DNA from: Fimicolochytrium jonesii
Taxonomy: Eukaryota
Direction of reading: 5' to 3'
Assembly (NCBI RefSeq): GCF_025526975.1
Contig: NW_026515686.1
Span: 372,001 to 436,000, forward strand
DNA length: 64,000 nt
Position numbers and translations under genes: made by a program. Under the pieces are notes generated by a model that was not told where the DNA came from, did no database searches, and was given only the letters and a program-made list of their open reading frames with translations. This document shows, one piece after another, positions 11,390 to 24,568 of this stretch (the stretch's first letter is position 1; each line of letters starts with the position of its first letter).

Positions 11390-13414
11390 CGTTCGCTTCG
11401 CTTGCAAAAAAAAAAAATCGGTCGCATGCCTCCAGCATTCTTGGGGCTCAAGCGCAATGGGGTTCTCGACATTGGTCCCTCAAATTTCCTCAAGTTTCTT
11501 CCGCCTCGCATTGCTCGGCCCCCGGCGCAACGGGGTCGCTAGCGCTTGCGCATCTTCTCGCTATCGGTCTCACACGTTTCCTCTTTCTCTCCTCCCACCC
11601 ACTCGCAGACCTCTTGCTTCGCCAGGCACTCGGTACTCACCAGCAGGCCCGAGACTCCAAATCGGGTCAGTATCCAAATGCGTTATCCCAACGACCTCGG
11701 CCCTACTCCACCCAAGGGTCTGAAACGCCACGAGAATCACAAAACAGAGTTGGTTCCTGTATGATGAAGTTTTTCGTCGGACGAGGTGGTCAGCTTCCGA
11801 ACCGATAGAGGTGCTTCTTTCCGCAACGTGAGTATGGCGCTTACCACATGTCGGCCTAACGAATCACTAACAGTGTCCAGCTTTTTTTCGGCGAAGGCAG
11901 GGAAGAGATAAGAGAACCCGGCACAGACAGACGGCAGGCCGAAGGGCGATTATTTAAGGAGCACAGGAGGAGGCCCGGTCGGCTGTCGGCACGTTGTATC
12001 CTGAAGAAGTTACGGAAAACAACTCCGCACGGGCATCAGTGGCCAATGTACGCCGATGGATAGTTAGTGGAGCCCCCCCCCCCCCCCCCCTGGAGCCCCG
12101 TGCAGATTGAAGTGGTGTTGCTACTATATATACTTGAGTAAGGGATAGGGTGGGAATAGTGAACATCTGGCTCACCGAAAAAGCCGTGGCTTCGGTGCTT
12201 TCGGTGTTTGTCCTTGTCAAGCGTTTGCTTTCCGAGGGCGACGCGTGTTCGCATCGATTGTACAGTATCTACGCCCGGTCTTCCGAACCGCTGGTATCGC
12301 TTGACATCTATTGACTCTCGGTCTTGCATCGGGACAAATATCGAATCCTATCTACAAGCATCCATCCTCTGCGTCAACAGTTCGCCAATTCCTCGCCATA
12401 TCTCCAAACAGTCAGCACATTCGGTTCCAGAGTGTAAACAAGCGAGATCCTGGTGCATTTATGCGTAACCTCCCGGAACAAGCTGAGCGAGGTTGTACGG
12501 CACATGCAGGCGGTTGATGCATGCCGCCGGCCGCCCGACCTTTAATACATAGGAAGAAGAGGAAGCCGATGGAATGATATTCACGGAATGTTCGAAATGC
12601 CGACCTAGTGCATCTAGTACATTGACTCCCCCCATGCGAAGTAACAGCCTTTTATTCTATCCCGTCAGTTTGTCGACTCCGCTCCATTGTGAACGGATGA
12701 GGCAATCGTTAAGAAGCAGATTAATGTCGCTGCGGTCATGTGACTTTAACTAATTAAGGGCCTTTTTGGACAGCCCTTTCCGTCTCGCAATAACGGCGTC
12801 GCTTGACGGCATGGCGAAACGCTGGAAAGCATAGAAGTCATCCCAGCACCAGCTGGCAAAGTTATGGGATAAGACTCATGAAGGGCATGGCGTTTTGACA
12901 TGAGAAGACCTAGGGTCGCTATGAGTGTTCGCCCTCAGGCAGACATGAGGCAAACGTCAGAGTTGTGTGGGCATACGCCCCTTTTCGCTTTTTGACAGCA
13001 CTGCCATTCTTGCCCTTCCATCTTCCCACCTACAACGACCCTTCGGTCCCATTTAGTCTCTAGCAATAGCCGTCTGAACGCTCTAGAAGCCCAGCGCTGA
13101 GTCTTTCTGACCGGTCTACCTGTCAATTTTCACCCACCCTATAGGGTAATTCCCCAAGCCAGTACCACTGCAGCGGAGTTGAGGCCCGCTTTTGGTCAAA
13201 GTCTATTCCCCATACAGTTAGAACTCCGCAGGCTTTCTTACGTATCCGTGCCGGAGAAAGGAGGCTTCTAAGAGGGTCTGTCAGCATATAAAGAGGGGGG
13301 GTGGGAGGGTCGGCGGCTGGTTTTTCTTCTTTCTCCCCCCAGACCTTTCTATCTTGTCCCTCAAGCAAGACTCCGAAAACGAGCAACTACTACTCAAGCA
13401 ACCACGGCAGCAAA

Positions 13415-16361
13415 ATGCCACCATCGAGCAAGGAGCTCGACCCGGCCCCGAACGCGGGCCGTGGCTGCCCCCATGTGGGCACCACGGCAATGGCCTTTGT
13501 TTACGGGTATAAAACAGCAGTGCGATACGCCCTTTGTCTCAAAGCCCGATCCCTGCGATATATACGCAAAACCTTCAAGATCTCGACACTAATGAACGAT
13601 GATTCGGAAGAAGATATTGAAACCGATAGCGGGAAGCGGAAGCGCGCAGAATTAACCGTCGACGACCACATCAAGAAACTATCGGAGGTATGTTATGTGC
13701 ATCACTACCGTCCGCTATCCCGCTAAGCCTGCTGTGATAATGCGGCAGTCAATTGACATCTTGATACTCTCTTTCCTCATCTACTCTCAGATCCCGGCGT
13801 TTAGATGCAATGCTTGCAAGACCACTAAAAGTAAAAAGAGGCCACATGTTTGCTTGTCGTGCGTGTACACGGGATGCAGGGAATCACACATGCCTGCACA
13901 CTTGGCGGACAACCACCATCCCTTTGGTGAGTTTTCCTCTACCCTCGTCCTGACTGTCGGCGGTCCATGATGAATGCAACTAACCTTCCCCTCATCGCCC
14001 CACCCAGCGATGGATCTGCAATCGTGTGATGTGTGGTGCGGCTATTGTAAGCAGTACGCCTACGATAGAGAGCTTCGCAGGATCTACAAAGCCGAGGCTC
14101 GGCGAATGATGCTAATAATCGCCCACGCGCTCGGTGAGTATTTGCCGTTTCTCACTATTGTAATCTCGCACGCTGTTGCTCTGACCTCAGGATCCTTACA
14201 TCCCACAGAGCCCAAGATCAAGCGAAAACGGAGGGTGGCTCCTCCGACCCCGAACGCAGGCGACTTGACGTTAATCGAAGGTCATTCGGAACCTCAATTG
14301 TGCTCAGGTACGGGAAGAGAAACGTAGACGAGTTCGGAAATAGCCATCAGCAGAATTAGAACGGGTGGAAGAAGCAGAACTCCTAGATGACCCCCCAACA
14401 GGTACTGACACATCCAATTCCAAAGGTTTACGAGGACTTGTCAACGCAGGCTCGACCTGCTATCTCAACGCGATCCTGCAAGCTCTGCTTCATAACGCCG
14501 CAATGAAAAGCTACTTCCTCACGGGCCAACACACGCGGAAGAACTGCTCCAAGCAATACACAGACTGTTTGGTCTGTCAGGTTGATCGTCTTTTTCAAGC
14601 CGTAAGTACTTCGGTTGCACTCTACTCATCCCGCACATATAGCGAGCATCGTATTGAATTCCCATCCTTTTCCTCGCTTGTCAACAGGTGTACAGCTCCG
14701 ATCCAACCCCCATGTGCCCATCGGACTTACTACAAGCCTTTTGGAGAAACACGCCATCTATGGCAGGGAACGAACAGCAAGACGCACATGAGTTTCTCCT
14801 TGCTCTACGGCACGAACTGCATAAAGCGTTCCAAAACTCAGCCCTTGACGCCAACGGTCGTTGCGTCTGCCCGGTGTGTCAAGTCTTTGGCGGCGAGGAA
14901 CAATCCAGTATCAAATGCACGGCGTGCGGACATGTCTCGGTTACCAAGACCCCTATGGAGGATCTGTGTCTTTCTGTCACCACCGCCCTGGATTCCCCTG
15001 GCGAGGGATCGTCGCCGAGGCGTGGCAAGAAGCGGAAAACACCTTTGAGTCTCCCGGAATTGCTTGATCGGTATGTGTTTCACTGCTTCAGCTTGTTCAC
15101 TCACTTGTGGTGTGTGTGTACGCTCGCGCCTTACTCATACATCTCGTCGTTGTCTCATCTACCCACTAGACACACCAAACCTGAAGAAATCGACTACCGC
15201 TGTGAAAAGTGTCATTCCAAGGTAAGCATACCATATCTTACATCTTGAACCCCTCATCATCGGCCTTGCCCTCTCTCTACAATCATACTCATGCAATGTC
15301 TTCACTCTCCGTTTACAGGACGGTGCTAAGCGACAAGCTTCCATTAGCGAACTTCCTCCGGTCTTTTGTGTGGCGTTCAAGGTACGTATAGTCACACCCT
15401 GCCCCCGTCATTCATCCATCATACTCTAACACACCCTCGTTCTCCACCCCACAGCGCATGGAGACGCGCACACGCTCGGGTCGTATCGAAACCCAAAAAG
15501 TGGAATGCGCCATCACCGTCCCGATGGAACTCGACATGACCCCCTACACCTCCACGGGTATCGACGTGAAGAACAGCAGCGACTCTGATTCGGACGCTGG
15601 TACCACGTCTTCGGAGGAGAGCGAGCCCAGAGTCCCCGGGTGGATGAGCGTCAAGTATGTATTCTCGTCGTAGCTTCCCCCAGTCTACTCACGGTGCATG
15701 TTCTGTGGGACTCATATAGTGATTGTTGGTAGGCATCATAATCCGGCCCACCAGTACTCGTTGATCAGCACGGTTATACATAAGGGGAGCAACGCGAGTG
15801 GGCATTATTGGGCGCATGCGAAGGAATCGGGGAACGTAAGTGTTCGTTTTGTTCCATGTCTCGTGTGTAGTTGCGTATGTAGGTGTGTGTACTGACAATG
15901 GGGGTTTTGTCTCCCTCTCCCACTCACACAGTGGTACAAGTTCGACGACGTCAATGTGTCGGAACTGCAGGAGAAAGATATCCAGGCTGGCAACATGTAC
16001 GTCCTCCTCCATACCCCCTCCCCCCTCCTCACTTTGACTCAACCACACTTACAAACATCCCCCCGTGTTCGCATACATACACAGATACGTCGCCTTCTAC
16101 ATCCGCAACGGGATCGAGCACGAATACATCCCGCCGCCCGCGCGGCCCGCTGGTGGGGGTGGGATCGGTGTTCCGACCCCTGCCGCCGCGCCCGAACAGA
16201 AACGGAGCAAACGCTCACGCGACGACGACGAGCCCCCGGCCGTCAAGCGCGCCAAGCTCGCCCCCGCGAAGCCTGCTGACCCGCCCCGCCCGAAACTCCT
16301 CAAGCGCCCACGCGACGACGACGGAGCCGCGGCCGCCAAACGCGCTAGGCTTATACCCTGA
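13415..16361 (+). CDS. Ubiquitin carboxyl-terminal hydrolase with ZnF-UBP (UBP8/USP22-like); many introns
   Basis: N-terminal CPH and CNAC...CLSCVYTGC...H zinc finger; Cys box GLVNAGSTCYLNAILQAL; QQDAHEFL; His box HKGSNASGHYWAH; WYKFDD; C-terminal KR-rich repeats. Confidence 0.9.
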
Positions 16362-17240
16362 TAGACGGGAGAACCCTACAGGCGACGTAGACACGGGATA
16401 GGTGAGCAAAGCCTCCACAAATCGGGTCGCTGTTTTCGGTTGGGATACCACACCCGGGGTACTGACCATCGTCCCCCCCTTCCGGTTCAGAAACCAGATA
16501 TATGTAAAAACACGCACAAGATGAGACGGTAGACATGCTACGAAGTTTGACGGAATAAATACCCACACATAACCAAACACCGTTATACCCCCCCCCCCCC
16601 CCCGCACAATCTCCTACAATAAAGACCCTGTTCCCATTCCCACGCCCCCCACGCGGGTTTTTATGCCCACGTTTCACTTTGGGCAGCTTTTCTGTGCGGA
16701 CTGTGAGCGGAAGCGCGAGGGGGGATAGAGTACGCAGGGGATTCCAGACCCCGCGGGTGGGGTGCCCCGGGTTTTGGGTTTGGGGGCAGTGAGACGATCT
16801 ATGAGCCATGGAAGTCTGTTTTCTGCGGGCGATTGCTCCTGGGGGGTGTTGGGAGTGAAGGGGTCTTCACTCGCCGGATCCACCCCGACCCGAACGACCA
16901 CCATACATACATACATACGCCCTCCGCTGAAATGATAGATTATTGTATTGCGCATAGAAACGTGACTGTCTAAGGGTTATGTCACGACCGTTGGGGATTA
17001 TGTTATGGGGTGGGGGGGTATAGAGGAGGGTTCTAGTATGACGATCGTTTTTTGTTTTCGCTAGATTGTGTGAGGGCTGTAAACAAGTGGACACCAAAAA
17101 AAGAGCGGGGGGGGGGCGGAAGGGGAGGAGGATGGACGCGGGTTCCCGGGAGATCTCGGTGAATCTGCGTTGGGGTTGTTGGGGTGGGGGGGGGGTTACC
17201 AAACGGTCACTGCAAATGCCAGCTGCGACGCCTTCTCCTC

Positions 17241-18663
17241 TCACGCCACGGCTACGGGCACGACGCGATCCCTGGGCGGACTCCCACACTCCACGGCCGA
17301 ATCCGCGTCCCCTCCGTTCCCCACGCCCATCGACGCCATAGATGCCTTCCTCGCAAGTTTCAGCGATGAGCCCCGTCGCAGTGTATCCATCTTTAGATTT
17401 ATGTTGCTCTTTTTCGTTGTCAGGCTGTGTGTTCTTCGTGGAGGTGAGTCTGGTGGTGGGTGGTCGGAGGCGGCGAGGCTGGCCCGCTCGACCCATAGGC
17501 TGGATGCGAGGGTGGAGAGGGAGGAGGCGGAGGGGGCGCGGTGTGGTTGTTGGGGATGGGTGATGAGGGAGGGGAGGGAGGGCTTTGAGGGGAGGGGAGG
17601 GAGGGGACGGTCGTCTGGGATGGGGTTCGCAGGAGGTGGTGGTGGGAGTTCGGTAATCGTCGCTGTTTGGGTGGGCTTCGCAGGTGGAGGCGGGAGTTCT
17701 GTGCTTGTCGCTGTTTGGGTGGGCTTCGCAGGTGGTTGTGGCGGAAGGTCTTTGACAACTACTGTTGCTATTGAAGGGCTGCGCGATAACGCCGGCTCTT
17801 CGAACAGCGTCCCAACACTTCTCGTCCGCTCCAAATCCTTGGGAGGCACCGGCGGCTTCCAATCCCCAAACCCAACCCTATTCTCCTTACTTCCCGTCTT
17901 CATCCTCACAAACCTCGCGAACCCGTCCCTGTACATCCCATCCAACACCTCCATCATCAGTTCATGGAAAACATACAGCGTCGCGGAGGGTGTCATCACG
18001 TTCTCCGCCGCCATCTTTGCGTGCGCCGAAAGAGGTATGTCTGATGAGAGGACGTCGGTAGCGAGGTGGCAGGCGTAGAAGTAGAGGTAGTGGCCCTGCA
18101 GTGCGAAGGGGATGGGGGTGTCGTGGAGGGGTTGGAGGGGGTCGATGTAGTGTGTGAGGACGGGGATGTATTTTGTACAGTGTAGCTTGATGGCGTTGTC
18201 GAGGGTGGTGGATTGTATCCAGAGATGAAGGGATGAGTGGAATCCGTTGGCCTGTCGGGACACGAAGAGTGGATGCTGATGAGAAACCGCTCTGTGACAT
18301 TGAACAGTATCCTTCGCGACAAGGAGCCCATCAGATCCATTCATTACCTTTGCAAACTCCTCAAACTCCGTCCCCAGAAGACCATCACCACCATCCTCCC
18401 TCGCCACCATCGTCATCGTCAGAGTATTCGCAAAGCACTGTTTCGTGTATCTGAATCTCCGCCTTGAACCCCGCCCTCCGAAAGTGGCACCCTGTTTCCT
18501 GACGAGACGCGAGACGGAGCGCTTCAAGCTCTGTAGGGACTAGAGAGGTGAGGAGGGAAGTGGTTAGAGATAAAGTATTCGAGATAGAGAAGGCTGAGGT
18601 AAGAGTGTATCATACGCCTAGCAGTCCTTGGACCGGTCGTTTCAATGTTGAGCCTGCCATCAT
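17241..18663 (-). CDS. Putative RGS-like domain protein with Pro-rich C-terminus
   Basis: Short first exon MMAGSTLKRPVQGLLG, GT-AG intron, then long exon; EFEEFAK near the start and EVLDGMYRDGFARF resemble the first and last helices of RGS domains. Confidence 0.5.
17625..17736. repeat. 48-bp coding tandem repeat (about 2.3 copies)
   Basis: TCGCTGTTTGGGTGGGCTTCGCAGGTGG recurs at 48-bp spacing and encodes PPPPAKPTQTATxTEL on the minus strand. Confidence 0.85.
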
Positions 18664-19304
18664 CTGCGAACGAGGTCTCCTCAGACGTCCCCTCGGAGAA
18701 GGTTCGCAGGTCACGAAAGAGTACTTGAGAGAGACGGAGTAGATAGAGGGGGTTGTCGCTTCTTGGTTGTTTCCTCTTGCGCTTTCCCCACTGATGCAGG
18801 GCACTGAGGGCAGTCTGATGGAGAGTGTGATGCAGGGGCGGAAGTCACCAACGCGGCCGGAGCCAATCAGCGCGCGTTCTCCATGACTCACTCACTCACA
18901 GAGTCACAGCAGGGACATTCTGGAGGTGAGCTACCCACATTTAGCACGAGTTACCCATGTCTACTAGTCACGCCCGACAGCGAGCGTCTTTCTCAAGGTG
19001 ACTGACGGACGGACTGTGCGCGATGACATGTTGCCATAAAACGCGTTCCCCAGATGGATATGGGATGGGGGTTCTGCCCTTCGGCCACCTTCGATCCCCT
19101 GCTTCGACTCGCTTGCTTCACTTACTGTACACATACAGACTTCACTACTACTACTATACAATAAGCGGGTTTTGTTCTCCTCTGCTATCCACCTCCTCCA
19201 GCGGTAATTCCCCGAGCGCCATCTTGGGCCGATCTTGGAGGCAATTACGTGGCGGGTCCACCTTCCCTTCGCCTTTTCAAGCGCATAAAGCAAAAGTCGA
19301 GAAT

Positions 19305-22300
19305 ATGTTCACAGGGGCATCTCGGAGTCCACGGCGGCCAGAAGCCAGGAGCACAAGGCAGGAGTCCGTAGAGCATCGAGACTTTGGAGATGGCCCGGAA
19401 CCAAACACCCTGCCCAAAGTGGTCAACGAAGTACAAAGTGAAATAAACATATCTTGGGATTTTATGACCAGTTCCGAGGTAGTTCTGCAACGGCAAGGAG
19501 AGTTTTGCGGCGGCGGTCAGATATGTTCATTTTGGAAACTCATCAATGAAATGTTCTGTTGTGTGGCATCTTTAGTTCAATCCCGTCCCCCATGCGCTAT
19601 CGCTTCTAGACGAGAGCTCGCTAGGCCGGGACTATGTAGCCTTCTGTGCCATCTATGACAAGTTGGAGATGGCCATGGATGTAGTCGTAAACGGTAACAT
19701 CCGGAAGAAGATTCGAAAAATCTCTCAACTCGACTGATGCATGCCATACACAGACTACCACCAGGCGTTCAACACAGCCATCCAAACATTCAGCAACGTC
19801 GTGGAGAACATCACCGGTACATACATATACACATATATAGTCCGTCCCTTCCATTCAAAAGCCATGCGTCCGCTGAGCGACATTCCATGTAGACTCCCAA
19901 CGCCGCGTCCGAGACTCGCGCAAACGACTCGAGAACAGCAAAGAATGGCTCCAATGCAAGCGATTCGATCTGCTCCATCTGTGGTTGAAAAGTTTGCAGT
20001 ATAAGGAGATTGCGAGGATATTGGATATGGTGTAAGGATACCATGCGCGATAGTTGACCATGACCTAATCGTGTGTGCGCCATACCGATGCTCACGTCTG
20101 CATCTTTCTAGAGAAGACCTCCAAACAATGCCAGCCCGCCTTGAAGCGCTGATACAGGGGAAATACTACCTAACAGCCGTGCGGCTGCTGCAATCCGCCA
20201 CCCGATCGATTGAGGAGGGTGAATGCGCGGAAATCGGGGCGCTGGAGGCTGTTGCGCAGAAATTGCATGAGATTAGGACGGTATGCGTTGTGGAAATCCC
20301 CATGCGGAACGATCGAATCTTCCCACTGATCGGAGATTGTATCTGGCACCTAGTCGATACACGAGACGCTGATCGAAGAGCTGCATAGTCATATATACCT
20401 CAAGAGCGCGTTCAGCTTGTATCGTCTTGATGCAGGTGCGTACATTTAGTGTTGCTCAGATGTGACTGAGTTCATGAGGTTGGGGAAACTCATGTTCCTT
20501 CAGTTGATCAGTCGGAGCTCCACAATGAGAACCAGTAAGCCATCTATTCGAATCTGTTATGCTGCAGTATCAGCTCACATGGTCCTTTCATAGCTGGACA
20601 GACCCGTCGCAGAAATCGAATCGCGAGCGCCCGGGGAAGACGGGAGATGGTGGGTCCAACCATGCCTCCAAAAACTTGACGAAAGGTTCTGATTTGGAAA
20701 TGTTTATATCGTACCTCGAATTCGGCATGTAGAGGCATGGCAAAGCAAACTCCGCCGTGACAGCGACGCCTGGGAGCCAGAGGTGACCCACAACTTCGTG
20801 GACCCATCCCTTCACGAAAACTCTTGCTAACATAACCAAGTCGTAGATCACCGAGGACCTCGAAGCCAACCCGGAGGCGGACTCGTTCCAGTTCATATTG
20901 TGCATCATGGAGGCGCTGTTCCTTTTGGGCCGTGTGAGGGAGGCTATGGAGGTAAAAAAAAAAGGAAATCGACCCCTTGATCCTCGTGGGGTCAGAGCTG
21001 ATCCAGGTGTGGGTACAGCTCATTCGTGACAGACTCCCCATCGAACTCTACTATGTAGTCGAGCGAACCGTCCAAGAAGCCGACCACAAGTACGTACGCC
21101 ATCCCCCCGGTCCCTGCCTTACATCCCCCTCCTCATCCCCATTCTCCCCCACCCCGACAGCGTTACGATCCCCCTCTCCAAAAACGACGAGCCCCCTGAC
21201 CGGGTCCTCGCATCCCGCCCACCGAATCTCCTCGGCACGACGACGCGGGCCGTGGACGCGCAGACGTTGCTTCAGTTCTTGTGGCAGCTATTTAGGAAGT
21301 TTGAGAGCATTATCCAGGCGCATTTGTTTGTGCAGGCTATTTTGGCGGATTTTGCGGGGGTGAGTCCGGCCGTGAGTGGATTTCAGTTGGGGTCATACTC
21401 TGATGTGTGTGCTGATTATGCTCCTCTATCCAGCGGCAAACGGATGAGCATCTAGAAGGCCGTAAGTCACCCCCCGCCCCTCTACGCTCTCAAAAAACAT
21501 TCACTCATGCATCAAATCCCCCCTTCCGAGAGCAGTCTACAGCAGCCGCGACGTCTGGTACAGCGCGCAAAACGAGCTCAAAGCCCTCATCTACGAATAC
21601 GTCTCCAGCTCCGAACGCAAAGGCTCGGAACCCAACGCCGCCGTCACGCTCAACGACATGCTGAAGGATAAACGGCGGGCCAAGATCCGGACCGATTCTC
21701 AGGTAAAATCACATTCACCCCACCCCCAGGGGTTCAGGTTCATCACCACCCCTTCCGTTGTACATCCCGTAACGCCATGACCCCTTCCGTTAAGCCCCTC
21801 TTTAAAGTCGTCGGCACGGACGCCTCCGAGATGCTCACCACCTACAAATCCATCAACCCGGACGCGGAACGCGCGCTCGCGCAGGACGTGCTGAAAGTGC
21901 GCGTCAACTCCACCCCGCTGGACACCCGCTCGGGTTCCGACGACGAGGCCGAGGGTGAGGGCGACGGCGAGGGCACGACGGCGGGGATCGTGGACACGTA
22001 CGCGGCTAACGCGGTCGTCACGGGCCATCGGTTGTTGATCAGCGCCGACCCGTACAACATCCTGGTGGTGTTTGGGCCCACGTTTGGGTTTGTGAGAAGG
22101 ATGGAGACGGGGTTGGGGGTTAAGTAGGTTGGGGGGGATTGTCTTTTTTTTTTTGGGTGTGTTTGTGCAGGGGCCAAGGGAGACTGATGGGCAGGGATTT
22201 CGTCCCCCCGCTTTCTGCAAAGGTTCAGCAACCTGAGAGTGTTCCTCGAGGAGTTTGTGCTCAGCGTGTTTTTGCCGCAGATGGAGAATAGGGTGTTGAG

Positions 22301-24335
22301 GTACTTCAACACTTATGTGAACGGTAACGTCTTCACCCCCCCCCCCCCCCCCCCCCCCCCCACCTCCCCTTTTCAACCCCCCCTCCCCCTATTTCCATGC
22401 TCATAACCCCCGCCCTATTCGCAGGCATCGACGCCTTCCACGCCGAATCCGCCCCGGAAACCTCCCCCTACCCCCTCGCCAAATCCACCCTCGCGCTCAC
22501 CGTCCTCATCCGCGGCATCACGCGCGCGGTCCCGCACATCCCCATCCACCAATCTGAAGCCGTGCAGATGATCGATGTGGTGTTGAGGAGCTACTACGAG
22601 AAGTGTTTGGCGAGGTTCAAGGGTAAAACTGTTGCTGGATTGTGTGATGTGCGGTGGGACCGACCTGGGGGTAACTGATTGTTTTTTGTGTTTTTGTGCA
22701 GCGTTGACGAGCAGCAACCAGCCCGGCGCGGATGGCGGGTACAGCAGCATCGTGAGCGCGGCGTGGGTGCAGGACGACGAGATATTCGAACTCCTATCCG
22801 AACGCGCGGTTTACCACGACGATGCAACGGTACACATATACAGAATGGCCCCCCAAGGAATCATCGTGTGGTTATCTCACCACCTTGGTATCTTATTAGG
22901 ACGCAGGCAGCGACTTTACGACCAAACTCGCCCACCGCGAAACCTTCGCCGAGCTCGCGCTGAAGAAGGACCGCTCGTTCCACCGCAGCGAGCTGTTGCT
23001 GGAGCATCGCACGCTCAAGAATCTCGGCAGCTTGCATCATTCGATCGTGCGTTCGGGAGTACACCTGTTCTTAAGTTGATGTGAGGGCGCTAATGGGGGG
23101 GCTGGGTATCATTTAGGAATGGTTCGTCGAGCAAACAACCCACCTCCTCTCCGTCCCGCCCGACCGCCCCAGCACCGCCCGGCACTCGGGGCTGAGACTC
23201 ATGGCCGGCGCGCAGAGTTCGAACGAGAGTCTGGTAAAAACAAAAAATATCCACGATCGGGGCTCGGTATGTCACTCATATGGTGTTTTGGTTTGACCAG
23301 GCGAGTTTTTTCCAACTTAGTTCGGATTCCCTGCCGGAGTTGCCGGTCGGGAGGGGCGAGGAGGTGCCGATTGCGTTGGCGGAGGAGATGGTTGAGTATG
23401 TGTCCCTTTTTTTTTGCGTATGCGTTCACGGGAATAACCAACCCGCATTGGGGACGTACGTACTTACCCCCCCCCCCCCCCCCCCCTTTTTTTTGGATCC
23501 AGACGGTTCAAAGCCCTCCTCACCAATTTCCGCCGCCTGTCCGACCTCTGCTTGTTCGTGCTGCGCGTGGAGCTGCGGTGCCATTCCATGTTCTTTTTGG
23601 ATCTGGCGATGCGGGAGGTTCGTTCTCCCCCGCCGCCCTGCATTTCATTCCACGGGTTGACGATGAAACTGTTGGGGGTGTTTGGAATAGGGCACGTATG
23701 ATCTGGACGACGACACGCAGGACCCGGACCCGTACATCGGCATCCTGAACACGGACCTGTCGACGCTGGAGGAGGTGCTGAGCGGGGTGATGGGGCCCAA
23801 ACGGACCCGGTAAGCAAAAACCCAAAAAACAAAAGCAAATCATCGCCTCCCCCCTCTAACATCCGTCGATTCCCCCGCAGCTTCATCTTCTCCGGCCTCC
23901 CCCACCTGATCTCGGCAACGCTGACCGCGGCCCTCCCGCACATCAAGAAACCCACCGTCCCGCACGGCACCCGCAAGCTGGTGCGCAACGTGTGCGCGCT
24001 GCAGCAGAACCTGACCAACATCGCCAGCGTACATGATGTCGGCCTCGAGAGGGCGAAGGACTACTTTGCCCTGCTTGAATTGCCGGGGGAGGTGAGGATT
24101 CAATCACGCCCCTCATTCACTGGCAGGTGGGGTTAATGCGTGTATGACCCCTTCTTTTTTGTTTTTATAGGAGCTGATCAAACAGCTCGGCGACCCGCAT
24201 CTGAAGGGGCGGTTCACGTACGAGGAGTGCAGGGTGGTCCTGGACCTGATCTTTGCAGACGCGAGGGATGACGTGGCCCGCGCGCGGTGGGAGGAGTGTG
24301 GGAGGGCGTTGAGGGAGTGGTTTACCAAGCATTGA
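19305..24335 (+). CDS. SEC8: Exocyst complex component Sec8/EXOC4; many introns
   Basis: WDFMTSSE/FNPVPHALSLLD, DYHQAFNTAIQTFSNV, EELHSHIYLKS, EDLEANPEADSF, HRLLISADPYNI, LLRVELRCH, RNVCALQQNL; TGA at 24333-24335. Confidence 0.92.
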
Positions 24336-24568
24336 GATCGGGGGGCGTTTTGCGTGTATCCATCTCTTTTTTGGGGGGGGGGGGGATGTTTTTTGATATG
24401 TGTGATATGGCGGAGATTTTTCTTCAAGGTATACCCCGTTTGGGGGGGCAAAAGATCCAATGTGGATACAGTACATACACTGCATACAACCTCCACTCTG
24501 TCTCGATCGCCGCACACCCAAGAAACCAACAACTGCACTTACACCGGCCCCGCTATGCAGGAAAAGGG

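Noticed and set aside
11900..13300. Possible gene or element upstream of the UBP8-like gene
   Set aside because: Only short ORFs, with no recognisable motifs, TIRs or LTR ends
16867..18078. Long alternative-frame and antisense ORFs (331 aa, 302 aa; likewise 44100-45146 and 52373-53413)
   Set aside because: Shadow ORFs of GC-rich real genes; low-complexity translations without motifs
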